NCBI GenBank assembly: GCA_017991635.1
Contig: JAGOQE010000002.1
Location: forward strand, 35,018-99,017
Reading direction: 5' to 3'
Source of the DNA: Minisyncoccota bacterium
Lineage (GTDB): Bacteria; Patescibacteriota; Minisyncoccia; Phycocordibacterales; Phycocordibacteraceae
Length of the DNA stretch: 64,000 bases
Shown: one piece after another, positions 1-9,226 of the stretch
How positions within the stretch are numbered: the first letter of the stretch is position 1
Layout of the letters: each line of letters opens with the position of its first letter
Position numbers and translations under genes: made by a program
Notes under the pieces: generated by a model
Database searches by the model: none
Told to the model about the DNA's origin: nothing
What the model saw: only the letters and a program-made list of their open reading frames with translations

Positions 1-536
1 TTAAGGACAGGGTCCCATCCTTCAGTCAGCACGCCATCGTACCCTTGCGTACTTGCCCATACGCCAAGAGCGTCGTGATAGGCGAGCTCTGTATTTCTGA
101 ATACGCGTGGGTAGGCGTGGAAAAGGGTTGCAATGCGCTCTCGGTGAAGCCGTACCTGCTCTTCAAATTCCTCAAGATCGTAAAAGAAGGCCAGTGAGTG
201 GTGATACGTCTCTCCAATAAATTCTACTTTTCCTGTTGCAGAAAGGGCTTGGAGTTTCTGAATTACTTCAGGTGCGTCTTCGCTGAGTTGGTCAATCAAC
301 GTACCAGTAATTGATAGGGCAACTTTAAAATCCGGACATGTCTGAACGAGGGCAAGCAGTAGGTCGAGTGTCGGTAGATAGGATTTCTGAGCAACTTTTC
401 TGAGTACTCGGCGATTATTCAAATCATCTTCATCGTTTCCATTAAAGTATTCAGCATCATTACCGACAGAAAAAGCATCGTAGCGTTTTACGCGGTACGG
501 TTGGTGCATGTGAAGATAGAGACAGACAGCAGACAT
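1..536 (-). CDS. Glycoside hydrolase family 57 (alpha-amylase/4-alpha-glucanotransferase-like), N-terminal part; gene continues beyond window start
   Basis: Manual minus-strand translation from ATG at 534-536 gives MSAVCLYLHMHQPYR... with no stop to position 1. The HxHQPY motif is typical of the GH57 N-terminus. Not in the ORF track because no stop falls inside the window. Confidence 0.6.
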   Translation of the reverse strand, partial: MSAVCLYLHMHQPYRVKRYDAFSVGNDAEYFNGNDEDDLNNRRVLRKVAQKSYLPTLDLLLALVQTCPDFKVALSITGTLIDQLSEDAPEVIQKLQALSATGKVEFIGETYHHSLAFFYDLEEFEEQVRLHRERIATLFHAYPRVFRNTELAYHDALGVWASTQGYDGVLTEGWDPVL

Positions 537-538
537 AA

Positions 539-1918
539 TTAGTGTGGGGCCATGAGGCGCGGGTGTTTCGTAAGATCGAGTGCAATTGCCTGTATCTCCT
601 TCGCCTTCGCTTGCCAGGTGTGTGACTTCAGTGCTTGCTTTGCCTCGCGTGCACGTATGAGTGCCGTGTCTTTGTGTGTAAGTATGTCTTCCATACGTAA
701 TGCCATTTCAGCATGATTCCAAAAATCTACTGACTGTATGTGCGGTATCGCTTCTACCACACCGCTTTGCTTTGATACGAGTACAGGAGTTTGTAGATGC
801 ATTGCTTCAAGCGCTGCAATACCATACGGCTCTGATACTGAAGGCATAACGAAAAGGTCAGCTTCTTTATACGCTTCATACTGATCGTTGCCTCGCAAAA
901 ATCCAGGGAAGAGAACATGTGCAGAAATGCCAAGCCTGGCCGCCTGTTCAACGAGTGACTGTTCCATATCACCTCCACCCGCTACAACAATGGTTGTCTG
1001 AGGATGTTTCTTAAGAAGAAGTGCACATGCTTCAAGGAAGTGGTCCGGTCCTTTCTGAAGGGTAAGTCGACCCATAAATAGCACAATGCGATGACCCTGC
1101 TTTTTAAGTGCGCTCCATCTGCCTTTAGACACTCCTTGCGGGGCAGTCTGTTCATCGATTCCGTTATGTACCACTGAAATTTTTTCTTCGGGTATCTGGT
1201 ACTTGTCGATAAGGGTTTGCTTAGTCCTTTTTGACACGGCAATTACTTTGTCGGATGCATCAAGTCCTGCTTTTTCAATTTCATAGATGATTGGGTCAGC
1301 ACGATTCTCACCTGTGCGGTCAAACTCAGTTGCGTGTACGTGGGTGATGAGGGGTTTACCTGACAGGCGCTTCGCTTCTATACCTGCAGGGAAGGAGAGC
1401 CAGTCGTGCGCATAGATAACGTCGTGTGGTGTGGTGAGTGCAAGAGCGCCCCCTGAAACGGCATAGCGCATAACTTCTTCCTTGAGTGAACTTCCGTAGA
1501 CGGGAGACCCGTTTGGGAGTGTGGCGTAGGACGCTGTTGAAAGGTATGGAGAGAGTGGCGAGTCAATGACGGTAGTGCTTTCCACGCCGGCACTCAGAAA
1601 GGGTACGGTACTTGTCTGAGGTACAGACTTAGGAAGGACGAATGTAATAGATGTGCCTTCTTTGGTGAGGCCGTCCACAATTCCCTTACAGGCAACACCG
1701 AGTCCTCCGCTGTTGTGTGGTGGAAATTCCCAGCCAAACATAAGCATTTTGAGAGAGTTACCAATGTCTGAGAACGTTCGCTTCTTGTGATACCGGACAC
1801 TCACGAGTGGGTGATAGGTTTTGTCAGACGGAGGCGTGCGAAGTGCTTGAACGAGTACGAAGGCAAGGAAAACACTTATGGAGAGACTTACCGCATAGAC
1901 AAGAAGGAGAGCAAGCAT
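539..1918 (-). CDS. Glycosyltransferase family 4 (GT-B, glycogen-synthase-like) with N-terminal membrane anchor
   Basis: 459-aa ORF. The EFPPHNSGGLGVACKG motif resembles the glycogen synthase/GT4 N-terminus, and the C-terminal GT-B region resembles GT4 (VMPSVSEPYGIAALEAM). Abuts the GH57 gene with a 2-nt gap. Confidence 0.7.
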   Translation of the reverse strand: MLALLLVYAVSLSISVFLAFVLVQALRTPPSDKTYHPLVSVRYHKKRTFSDIGNSLKMLMFGWEFPPHNSGGLGVACKGIVDGLTKEGTSITFVLPKSVPQTSTVPFLSAGVESTTVIDSPLSPYLSTASYATLPNGSPVYGSSLKEEVMRYAVSGGALALTTPHDVIYAHDWLSFPAGIEAKRLSGKPLITHVHATEFDRTGENRADPIIYEIEKAGLDASDKVIAVSKRTKQTLIDKYQIPEEKISVVHNGIDEQTAPQGVSKGRWSALKKQGHRIVLFMGRLTLQKGPDHFLEACALLLKKHPQTTIVVAGGGDMEQSLVEQAARLGISAHVLFPGFLRGNDQYEAYKEADLFVMPSVSEPYGIAALEAMHLQTPVLVSKQSGVVEAIPHIQSVDFWNHAEMALRMEDILTHKDTALIRAREAKQALKSHTWQAKAKEIQAIALDLTKHPRLMAPH

Positions 1919-1972
1919 ACTGCTCTTAGCATACCGTATGGTGCCGTAGTTGTATGAGTCGTTATACCCAAG

Positions 1973-2380
1973 CTAGGCGTGGTTACCGGCTACCGCAAAG
2001 TTTATGTACAGGTTGAAAAGATAATTCATGACACCAACAAGACAAGCAACCAGTATGCGAGCAATAAGATAGGAAAGTCCTGCGTAGGTTACGAGAAGAT
2101 AGACTGCGCCCGTAATGCAGAGCGCGCCTACACCTGCAACACTAATGAAGTATAGGTATCCGCGAGGATGCGAACGTTTTGTTTGATGGAAAACGAACTT
2201 ACGCGAGAGTACGTAGTTGATGCTCACGGCAATTAAAAAGGCAAGTGGTGTTGAGACAGTGTAAGGAATGTCACAAAACTCCGTCAGCATATACAGGAGC
2301 ACTAAATCAAAGGCGAAGGTGGACCCGCCCACAAGTGTGTATGAGAAGAAACGCTTGATAGACCGTAGTGAAAGTCTCAT
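1973..2380 (-). CDS. GtrA-family small polytopic membrane protein (polysaccharide synthesis/flippase-associated)
   Basis: 135 aa with four predicted TM helices. Size and hydrophobicity pattern are typical of GtrA-like proteins. Confidence 0.55.
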   Translation of the reverse strand: MRLSLRSIKRFFSYTLVGGSTFAFDLVLLYMLTEFCDIPYTVSTPLAFLIAVSINYVLSRKFVFHQTKRSHPRGYLYFISVAGVGALCITGAVYLLVTYAGLSYLIARILVACLVGVMNYLFNLYINFAVAGNHA

Positions 2381-2438
2381 GGCACCATTCTATCCCCAAG
2401 TAGCAGAAAGAAGCCATCATAGGTATACTCACAGACGC

Positions 2439-3371
2439 ATGAGCGACACACCCGCACTCTCCATCCAAGAACTAACCAAGACATACCCTAAGGGGGCAGA
2501 AGCCCTCAAGGGTGTTTCTCTTACGGTAGAAAAGGGTGCTTTTTTCGCACTTCTCGGTCCAAACGGTGCCGGTAAGACCAGTTTGATTTCAATTGTCGCC
2601 GGGCTTGCGACAAAGACTTCAGGCGCGGTGTTTGTTGATGGGTACTCTCAGGAGATTGAGCCTGAGAAAGTGAAAGCCGCTATTGGACTCGTGCCACAGG
2701 AGTTTAATTTCAGTATTTTTGAAAAGGTTATTGATATTGTTCTTGATCAAGCTGGGTACTACGGTATTTCTCGTGTGGACGCCATGCCCTACGCAACTGA
2801 AATACTTACCAAGCTTGGACTTTGGGAGAAACACGATAAGAAAGCCGAGACGCTCTCAGGAGGCATGAAGCGCAGACTCATGATTGCGCGCGCACTTATT
2901 CATAAGCCCTCTCTTTTGCTTCTTGACGAGCCTACGGCGGGAGTTGATGTGGAGCTTCGACGAAGTATGTGGGAATTCCTTCGAGAACTTAATCAGTCAG
3001 GCACGACGATTATCTTAACGACGCATTATCTGGAAGAAGCAGAAGAGCTCTGTAAGGAAGTCGCCATCATCAATCAGGGGAGCATCATTCAAGAGGGAAG
3101 TGTTAAAGAGCTATTGCAGAAGTTGAATGTAGTTACCTTGCAACTTGATACGGTAGAACCTGTAACTGAGGCAACGATGGCACTCCTTAAAGAATTTCCA
3201 GTTACTAAGACCGATGAGCAGACACTGTCACTTGTCGTACAGCCAGGGGAAACTATTAATGAAGTGATGCGTAAGCTCACTTCAATTGGAGTGCAGGTGG
3301 CAAATGTGCGTAATCCAGGAAGTAGACTTGAGGAAGTCTTTATGAATTTGATTCAACAAGATACGGTATGA
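2439..3371 (+). CDS. ABC transporter ATP-binding protein
   Basis: Walker A GPNGAGKTS, signature LSGGMKRR, Walker B LLLDEP. Start moved to the internal ATG (MSDTPALSIQ...) to avoid overlapping the GtrA-like gene. Confidence 0.85.
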   Translation: MSDTPALSIQELTKTYPKGAEALKGVSLTVEKGAFFALLGPNGAGKTSLISIVAGLATKTSGAVFVDGYSQEIEPEKVKAAIGLVPQEFNFSIFEKVIDIVLDQAGYYGISRVDAMPYATEILTKLGLWEKHDKKAETLSGGMKRRLMIARALIHKPSLLLLDEPTAGVDVELRRSMWEFLRELNQSGTTIILTTHYLEEAEELCKEVAIINQGSIIQEGSVKELLQKLNVVTLQLDTVEPVTEATMALLKEFPVTKTDEQTLSLVVQPGETINEVMRKLTSIGVQVANVRNPGSRLEEVFMNLIQQDTV

Positions 3372-4138
3372 AATCACCCATATTCATAGGCTATGCAACG
3401 ATGGTACGAAAAGAGTTCGTACGTATTACTCGTATCTGGTCACAAACCTTGCTTCCTCCAGTCATTACGACATCACTGTACTTCCTTATCTTTGGTGGGT
3501 TCATAGGCTCTCAAGTTGCGCCGATTGCCGGGTACTCTTACATGCAGTTCATTATGCCGGGTCTTGTCATGATGACCTTGATAACGAGCGCCTACATGAA
3601 CACCGTCTCCACGTTCTACTTTTCAAAGTGGCAGAGAGTTATGGATGAGCTTCTCGTTTCGCCCATGCCTAACTGGACCATTATCGCCGGCTTTGTGACC
3701 GGTGGCCTTTTGCGTGCCTTCATGGTCGGTCTCCTTGTGGTTGGTGTGTCGATGTTCTTCACACATCTTTCTGTATTTAATATTTTTGCGCTCTTCTCGG
3801 CAGCATTTTTGACGGCGCTTCTCTTTGCGCTTGCCGGGATTATCAATGCTATCTATGCGAAGTCGTTTGACGCGATTTCAATAGTGCCGAACTTTGTGCT
3901 TACACCACTCACGTACCTTGGCGGCGTGTTCTATTCAGTGGAAGTGTTGCCACCGTTCTTCAGAGACATTTCGTATTTCAACCCAATTCTCTACATGGTG
4001 AATGCGTTTCGATATGGTTTCCTTGGTGTGTCTGACGTCTCAGTCGCTATGGCCTTTTCAATTATGGGAGGAATAGTCGTTTTACTTACTGTGTGGGTAC
4101 TTGTCTTGTTTAAACTTGGAGTTGGTATTCGCCGTTAG
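3368..4138 (+). CDS. ABC-2 family transporter permease
   Basis: 256 aa, six TM helices. Overlaps the stop of the upstream ABC ATPase by 4 nt. Confidence 0.8.
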   Translation: MKSPIFIGYATMVRKEFVRITRIWSQTLLPPVITTSLYFLIFGGFIGSQVAPIAGYSYMQFIMPGLVMMTLITSAYMNTVSTFYFSKWQRVMDELLVSPMPNWTIIAGFVTGGLLRAFMVGLLVVGVSMFFTHLSVFNIFALFSAAFLTALLFALAGIINAIYAKSFDAISIVPNFVLTPLTYLGGVFYSVEVLPPFFRDISYFNPILYMVNAFRYGFLGVSDVSVAMAFSIMGGIVVLLTVWVLVLFKLGVGIRR

Positions 4139-4938
4139 CGACGATTAAATTTTCGTTCGCGTCCAACCATACGTGCAAATTGAATCAGGACGATAAGGAG
4201 AATGAGTAGTGCTAGGTAAAACCAAAGTGGGGAAGAGGCAACAATCAAGAGAGCGCTCACCACGGCGTGAAGCAGTTTCTGTGCGCCTGACGCAATTTGG
4301 TCAACGAGATTCTCTTTTGCGGGAGCACCTTCTTGTGCTTGGTAATCTTCAGCTCCAAGAACTTCACCCTTAGGAGCGGTTGAACTAGCTAGAGAGGTTA
4401 GCGCGTCAACAACGCTTCCTCGAATATCTTCCGCAATATTTGATGTTGTGCTCGCTATGTCGGCAACAATAGGGGCGGTGTCGCCGAGTGTTCCTGCAAT
4501 CGTATCTACTGCAACTTGCGTGTCAGTCACGAGTTCTGATGGTGCTGGAGGGGGTAGCACTGAGACGGTCGTGGTACTTGTCTGCAGTGTGGTGAGTGGA
4601 ACCGAGCTTCCGGTAAGTCCTTCAATTTTCGCCGTGATGGAATGCTCGCCTTCGGTGGCTGCCCACGTTTGAGAAATAATTTCTGTGGTGCCAGGAGCAG
4701 CGCTCCACGGTTTGCTTCCGACTGGTTTCCCGTCCACCAAGAAAACGACTGTTCCTTGAAGGGACGATCCTGAACTGTTGTAAACAACAGTATAGATGGT
4801 CGCGCCGTCTCCTGTAATGAGGTTAGTCTTTGAAAGCCATACTGAACTTTGTGGAAAGCCTGCGGGGACGCTTTCGGCGTGGGCCTCGGGCGCTACTGCC
4901 ATAAGGAGAAGAAGAGGTATTATCCACAGACGTTTCAT
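4135..4938 (-). CDS. Secreted/cell-surface protein with signal peptide, Thr/Ser-rich region and C-terminal TM anchor
   Basis: Start set at internal MKRLWIIPLLLLMAVAPEAHA (signal peptide). Has a KGEVLGA motif before the C-terminal TM segment. Confidence 0.55.
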   Translation of the reverse strand: MKRLWIIPLLLLMAVAPEAHAESVPAGFPQSSVWLSKTNLITGDGATIYTVVYNSSGSSLQGTVVFLVDGKPVGSKPWSAAPGTTEIISQTWAATEGEHSITAKIEGLTGSSVPLTTLQTSTTTVSVLPPPAPSELVTDTQVAVDTIAGTLGDTAPIVADIASTTSNIAEDIRGSVVDALTSLASSTAPKGEVLGAEDYQAQEGAPAKENLVDQIASGAQKLLHAVVSALLIVASSPLWFYLALLILLIVLIQFARMVGRERKFNRR

Positions 4939-4989
4939 AAATAGGAGTATACGACAAAACAAGGAAGTATTCAGTGCTATCATACGGAC

Positions 4990-6573
4990 ATGTACCGGAT
5001 GTGGGCACTCGCTCTCCTCCTTGTGGCGCCGTCTAGTGCGTTTGCACTTTCTATTCCCCAGATAACTTCTATTGACGACGCCAGTGGCGCCGTTTTTTTT
5101 CAAACAAATTACATAAATAGCGCCAATGCAACATTCGGATTAAGTGCAAATGTGACGGCAGATGAAAGCTCAGTTATTACTATCATTGCAACAGATGGCA
5201 CGCTTTCAACTACGTTTGGTGGCACGGGTGCGTACACTGTTTCTTCACTTGGAACACTTTCTATAAATGCAGGAGACCTCTCATCACTTTCCGATGGTGA
5301 CGTGCAGGTAATAGCTCGTGCTTCTCGAAGCGGTGAGACTGTCGACTCACTCCCGGTTACGATGACGAAAGATACTGTGGTCACTGTTGCACTCTCATCG
5401 GGTATCGCTGAAGGGGGAGCAACTGGAGACACGACACCAACCTTTGCGTGGACTGCTGAAGATGGCGCAACGTTCACGTGTGCTGTTGATGGCGGAATTC
5501 CTGTTGTGTGCACCTCTCCATACACACTCCCTCTACTTTCCGACGGCGCTCACACGTTTACCGTAACGACAACAGACCTCGCTGGAAATACCCGCACATT
5601 GACGCGTTCGTTTACGGTTGACTCTCTCCTTGACGCTGTCGCGCCAACGCTTACGAGCGTCACTATGCAGTCAAACTTCACGACAACTAGTCGTGCTCGA
5701 ACAGGGGACAGAATAACGCTCAACATGCGAGCAGACGAAACTATAGCGACACCCGTGGTCACGATTCTCGGTCACTCAGTTACACCGTCAACCTTTAGTG
5801 ACCCGGCGTTTTACTTTGCAACGTATGATGTTGTCGCAGAGGATGCTGAAGGTGTGGTGACCTTTACTATCAGCGCTCAAGATACTTCAGGTAATGTTGC
5901 TGAAACCGTAAGCGCTACGACTGATAGTTCAGCAGTTCGTATTGATAGAACAGCTCCTGTACTTACCCTTACTGGAGATAATCCACTCACCCTAGATAGA
6001 GATGGTGTGTTTAGCGACCCTGGCGCAACAGCGCTCGATGAGAGCGATGGAACGCTCGTGGTGACTGAGTCAGGCGAAGTGAGTATGGGTGCGGCAGGCA
6101 CCTATACAAGAACGTATAGTGCGACTGACCTTTCAGGCAACCAAGGAACCATTACACGCACCGTTGAGGTTCTCGGGCCTGTGCAGTCAACAGGAGGTGG
6201 CGGTGGAGGTGGCAGTCATCCGAAAAGTGCTAAGCGAAAGGGTGAAGTGCTTGGCGCAACAACGTACCTGTTTACTCGAGAACTACAACGAGGAGACTCT
6301 GGTCAGGACGTCACTGAGCTTCAGAATGTTCTTATCGCGGGTGGATATTTAGAGAGTGAGCCAACAGGATTTTTTGGTCCACTTACAGAAACTGGAGTAA
6401 TGCTCTACCAGAGCGCGAACGGACTTCCTGCCGTGGGTCGTGTTGGACCTCAGACACTCGCGCTTTTGAATCAATCCTTAGGAATGAGTAAGGAAGCAGT
6501 GCTCGCACAGCTGTATGCTACATTGAACGAACTACTTATTGAGCTAGAAAAAGCAAAGAAAGCACAGTCTTAA
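4990..6573 (+). CDS. Secreted protein with tandem Ig-like repeats and C-terminal peptidoglycan-binding (PG_binding_1-like) domain
   Basis: Signal peptide MYRMWALALLLVAPSSAFA and Thr/Val-rich beta repeats. C-terminus: GDSGQDVTELQNVLIAGGYL...GFFGPLTETGVMLYQSANGLPAVGRVGPQTL. A KGEVLGA motif precedes that domain. Confidence 0.6.
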   Translation: MYRMWALALLLVAPSSAFALSIPQITSIDDASGAVFFQTNYINSANATFGLSANVTADESSVITIIATDGTLSTTFGGTGAYTVSSLGTLSINAGDLSSLSDGDVQVIARASRSGETVDSLPVTMTKDTVVTVALSSGIAEGGATGDTTPTFAWTAEDGATFTCAVDGGIPVVCTSPYTLPLLSDGAHTFTVTTTDLAGNTRTLTRSFTVDSLLDAVAPTLTSVTMQSNFTTTSRARTGDRITLNMRADETIATPVVTILGHSVTPSTFSDPAFYFATYDVVAEDAEGVVTFTISAQDTSGNVAETVSATTDSSAVRIDRTAPVLTLTGDNPLTLDRDGVFSDPGATALDESDGTLVVTESGEVSMGAAGTYTRTYSATDLSGNQGTITRTVEVLGPVQSTGGGGGGGSHPKSAKRKGEVLGATTYLFTRELQRGDSGQDVTELQNVLIAGGYLESEPTGFFGPLTETGVMLYQSANGLPAVGRVGPQTLALLNQSLGMSKEAVLAQLYATLNELLIELEKAKKAQS

Positions 6574-6577
6574 ATTC

Positions 6578-7495
6578 ATGCCTCGAAAATCTTTTTTCAA
6601 ACACGTACATAATGCCGTTGTTCCTTCAAGGGACAATGGTCACCATCCGCATCTCCTGAAGCGGGAAGTCGTTGTTGCTGTCCTTTCATTTGCGGTGCTT
6701 CTTGAAATGCTCGTCCTTACCGATGGCTTCTTGTTTCTTCGTCAGGCGGGGAACATGGCAAGCGTCCTTCCTGGAGTAGTTGCCTCTCTCACTAATCAAG
6801 AGCGAAGAGACAATCACCTGACCACGCTCACTCAGAATCCTTTACTTGCTGAAGCTGCAAGTCTAAAAGCCAAAGATATGGCTGAAAAGGGATACTTTTC
6901 ACACACAGGCCCTGATGGCGCGCTTCCGTGGAAGTGGCTTAAACAGGTTGGGTATACCTATGAATACGCGGGAGAGAATCTTGCTGTGAACTTTGTTGAT
7001 TCTGATGAAGTGGTTGATGCGTGGATGAACTCACCGACACATAAGGCAAACATCCTCAAACAGAACTTTACGGAAATTGGTGTGGGTATGGCGAAGGGAG
7101 AGTATAAGGGAGAGGAGACTATATTCGTTGTTCAGTTTTTTGGAAAGCCTTCAGCCGTTCCAACAAAGGGTGGTGCTTCTGAAGGAAACGGACTAGCGGT
7201 TTCTGCCGATACGCTAATGACGACTGGAGAGGTCTTGGGTATTTCAACAGAGAGCATTCCACTTGTTGACCACTTCATAGGAAGTCCTATGACCATGTCC
7301 AAGTATGTCTTCGTGGCGCTTGGTGTGCTTTTTGTACTGGTCTTCCTCATTGGAGTCTTTTTTGGAAGACGTCTACCTCGTCTTGCGGCGACTATCGGAG
7401 TTCTGCTTATTCTTGCGATGATGTTTGGTCTTGTAGCATTCAACAAATCAGCGTTTCTAGGAGACGTTGAAGTTATAGAGGAGCCAGCTCCATAA
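6578..7495 (+). CDS. CAP/SCP (PR-1-like, YkwD-type) domain membrane-anchored protein
   Basis: CAP-like core: YFSHTGPDGALPWKWL...YEYAGENLAVNF...WMNSPTHKANIL. C-terminal TM; TGEVLGI motif before the TM. Confidence 0.6.
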   Translation: MPRKSFFKHVHNAVVPSRDNGHHPHLLKREVVVAVLSFAVLLEMLVLTDGFLFLRQAGNMASVLPGVVASLTNQERRDNHLTTLTQNPLLAEAASLKAKDMAEKGYFSHTGPDGALPWKWLKQVGYTYEYAGENLAVNFVDSDEVVDAWMNSPTHKANILKQNFTEIGVGMAKGEYKGEETIFVVQFFGKPSAVPTKGGASEGNGLAVSADTLMTTGEVLGISTESIPLVDHFIGSPMTMSKYVFVALGVLFVLVFLIGVFFGRRLPRLAATIGVLLILAMMFGLVAFNKSAFLGDVEVIEEPAP

Positions 7496-7524
7496 AACGC
7501 ATCAGGTCTGGTACACTTGAGGGC

Positions 7525-8076
7525 ATGACGTACGATTTTTCTACCCTCAAAAAAGATATTACTGAAACAGATGAATGGCTCCAGCGTGAGCTCACTGGAG
7601 TACGTACTGGGCGCGCCACACCTGCTCTTATGGATACGGTTAAGCCTGAAGTGTATGGCTCTCGCACGCCTATGGCGCAGGTCGCCTCACTCTCTATTGA
7701 GGACGCCCGCACGCTTCGTGTGGTGCCGTGGGATAAATCTCTAGTGAAGGCAATTGAGAAGGCAATCACTGAAGCAGACCTCGGTGTTTCAGTTGCGACA
7801 GATGATATGGGTCTCCGCGTCATGTTTCCAGAATTGACTGCCGAGCGACGCGTCATGCTTGCGAAGATTGCAAACGAAAAAACTGAACATGCAAAGGTCA
7901 CACTGCGTGGTCATCGCAATGAAGCCATCAAAGCACTTGATGCAAGTGAGAAAGAAGGTGGCATGAGCAAGGACGAGCTGTTTAGGTATAAGGAAGAGGT
8001 GCAGAAGATGATTGATAAGGGTACTGAATCTCTTGAAGCGCAATTGAAGCGCAAGCAAGAGGAGATTTCTAAATAG
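7525..8076 (+). CDS. frr: Ribosome recycling factor
   Basis: 183 aa; characteristic RRF sequence throughout (VRTGRATPALMDTVKPEVYGSRTPM...). Confidence 0.9.
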   Translation: MTYDFSTLKKDITETDEWLQRELTGVRTGRATPALMDTVKPEVYGSRTPMAQVASLSIEDARTLRVVPWDKSLVKAIEKAITEADLGVSVATDDMGLRVMFPELTAERRVMLAKIANEKTEHAKVTLRGHRNEAIKALDASEKEGGMSKDELFRYKEEVQKMIDKGTESLEAQLKRKQEEISK

Positions 8077-8077
8077 C

Positions 8078-9181
8078 ATGAGCGTCCTCATCTTCATCAT
8101 CGTTCTTGTTGTGCTCATTGTCGTACATGAGCTCGGACACTTTGTAGTGGCAAAGCTCTCAGGTATGCGTGTGGATGAGTTTGGACTTGGCTATCCACCA
8201 AAAATTGTTGGAAAAAAGTACAAGGGAACAGAGTACAGTTTGAACTGGCTTCCGTTTGGAGGGTTCGTGAAAATTCACGGAGAGGATTTGGAGGAGGGAC
8301 GCGCAAAGACCTCAACAGGTGACGCGTTTACTGATAAACCTCGTCACATACAGGCACTAGTCTTGGTGGCAGGTATTGTAATGAACCTTCTTTTCGCGTG
8401 GCTGTTGATTTACGTCACGCTTGTCATGGGTGCACCTAAGGCACTCTCTTTGGAGGAAGCAAAAACCACTCCGAACGCTGTGCTTACCGTAACTCAGGTA
8501 CTCCCTGATTCTCCTGCGGATAAGGCCGGGCTTAAGGCTGGAGACGCTATTGTGAGTGCTGCTGGCCCACACGGAAACTTTAACGAAACTACTCCAGAAG
8601 CGTTCACTGCCTATGTAGGCGCTGATGTTGAAGGAACGCCCATCTCCTTTAGAGTCATGCGTTCGGGTGAAGAGCGTTTGTTCACTGCGTCCCCTGAGGC
8701 GGGTGTAGTAAAGGATGAACCAAATAGAAAAATTATCGGCGTCACGGTAGCAACCGTTGCAACCGTCTCCACGCCCCCTTTTGAAGCAATCGGTGAAAGC
8801 TTGATGACCACAGCAAACCTCACGGTACGTACTGGAGAAGGACTGCTCGCATTCTTTGGAAGTGTCTTCTCACTTTCTGCAGATCTTTCCCAAGTTTCAG
8901 GCCCGGTGGGTATTGCGGGTGTGGTAGGAGACGCTTCACAGAGCGGTCTTGCGTCTCTCCTTACTATCACGGCCCTCATCTCTATAAACCTTGCCCTCAT
9001 TAATATTCTTCCTATTCCAGCCTTGGATGGCGGAAGGCTCTTCTTTGTTCTCATTGAATCAGTAACGCGTAAGCCAATTTGGCCAAAACTCGCTGGTACC
9101 CTTAATGTTCTTGGATTTGGCTTCTTGGTCTTACTTATGGTTGCTATTACCGTAAGCGACATCTTTAAAATCGCTGCATAA
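8078..9181 (+). CDS. rseP: RseP-type site-2 zinc metalloprotease (M50) with PDZ domain
   Basis: HELGHF zinc motif, PDZ region, C-terminal LDGG motif (ALDGGRLFF). Confidence 0.85.
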   Translation: MSVLIFIIVLVVLIVVHELGHFVVAKLSGMRVDEFGLGYPPKIVGKKYKGTEYSLNWLPFGGFVKIHGEDLEEGRAKTSTGDAFTDKPRHIQALVLVAGIVMNLLFAWLLIYVTLVMGAPKALSLEEAKTTPNAVLTVTQVLPDSPADKAGLKAGDAIVSAAGPHGNFNETTPEAFTAYVGADVEGTPISFRVMRSGEERLFTASPEAGVVKDEPNRKIIGVTVATVATVSTPPFEAIGESLMTTANLTVRTGEGLLAFFGSVFSLSADLSQVSGPVGIAGVVGDASQSGLASLLTITALISINLALINILPIPALDGGRLFFVLIESVTRKPIWPKLAGTLNVLGFGFLVLLMVAITVSDIFKIAA

Positions 9182-9226
9182 TCATCCCTTTTGCAGGCTT
9201 TCATATTCCGCGTATACTTTAGGGAT

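Noticed and set aside
2268-2438. Upstream extension of the ABC ATPase ORF
   Set aside because: The long ORF start at 2268 would overlap the convergent-orientation GtrA-like gene by more than 100 nt. The internal ATG at 2439 gives a canonical NBD N-terminus.
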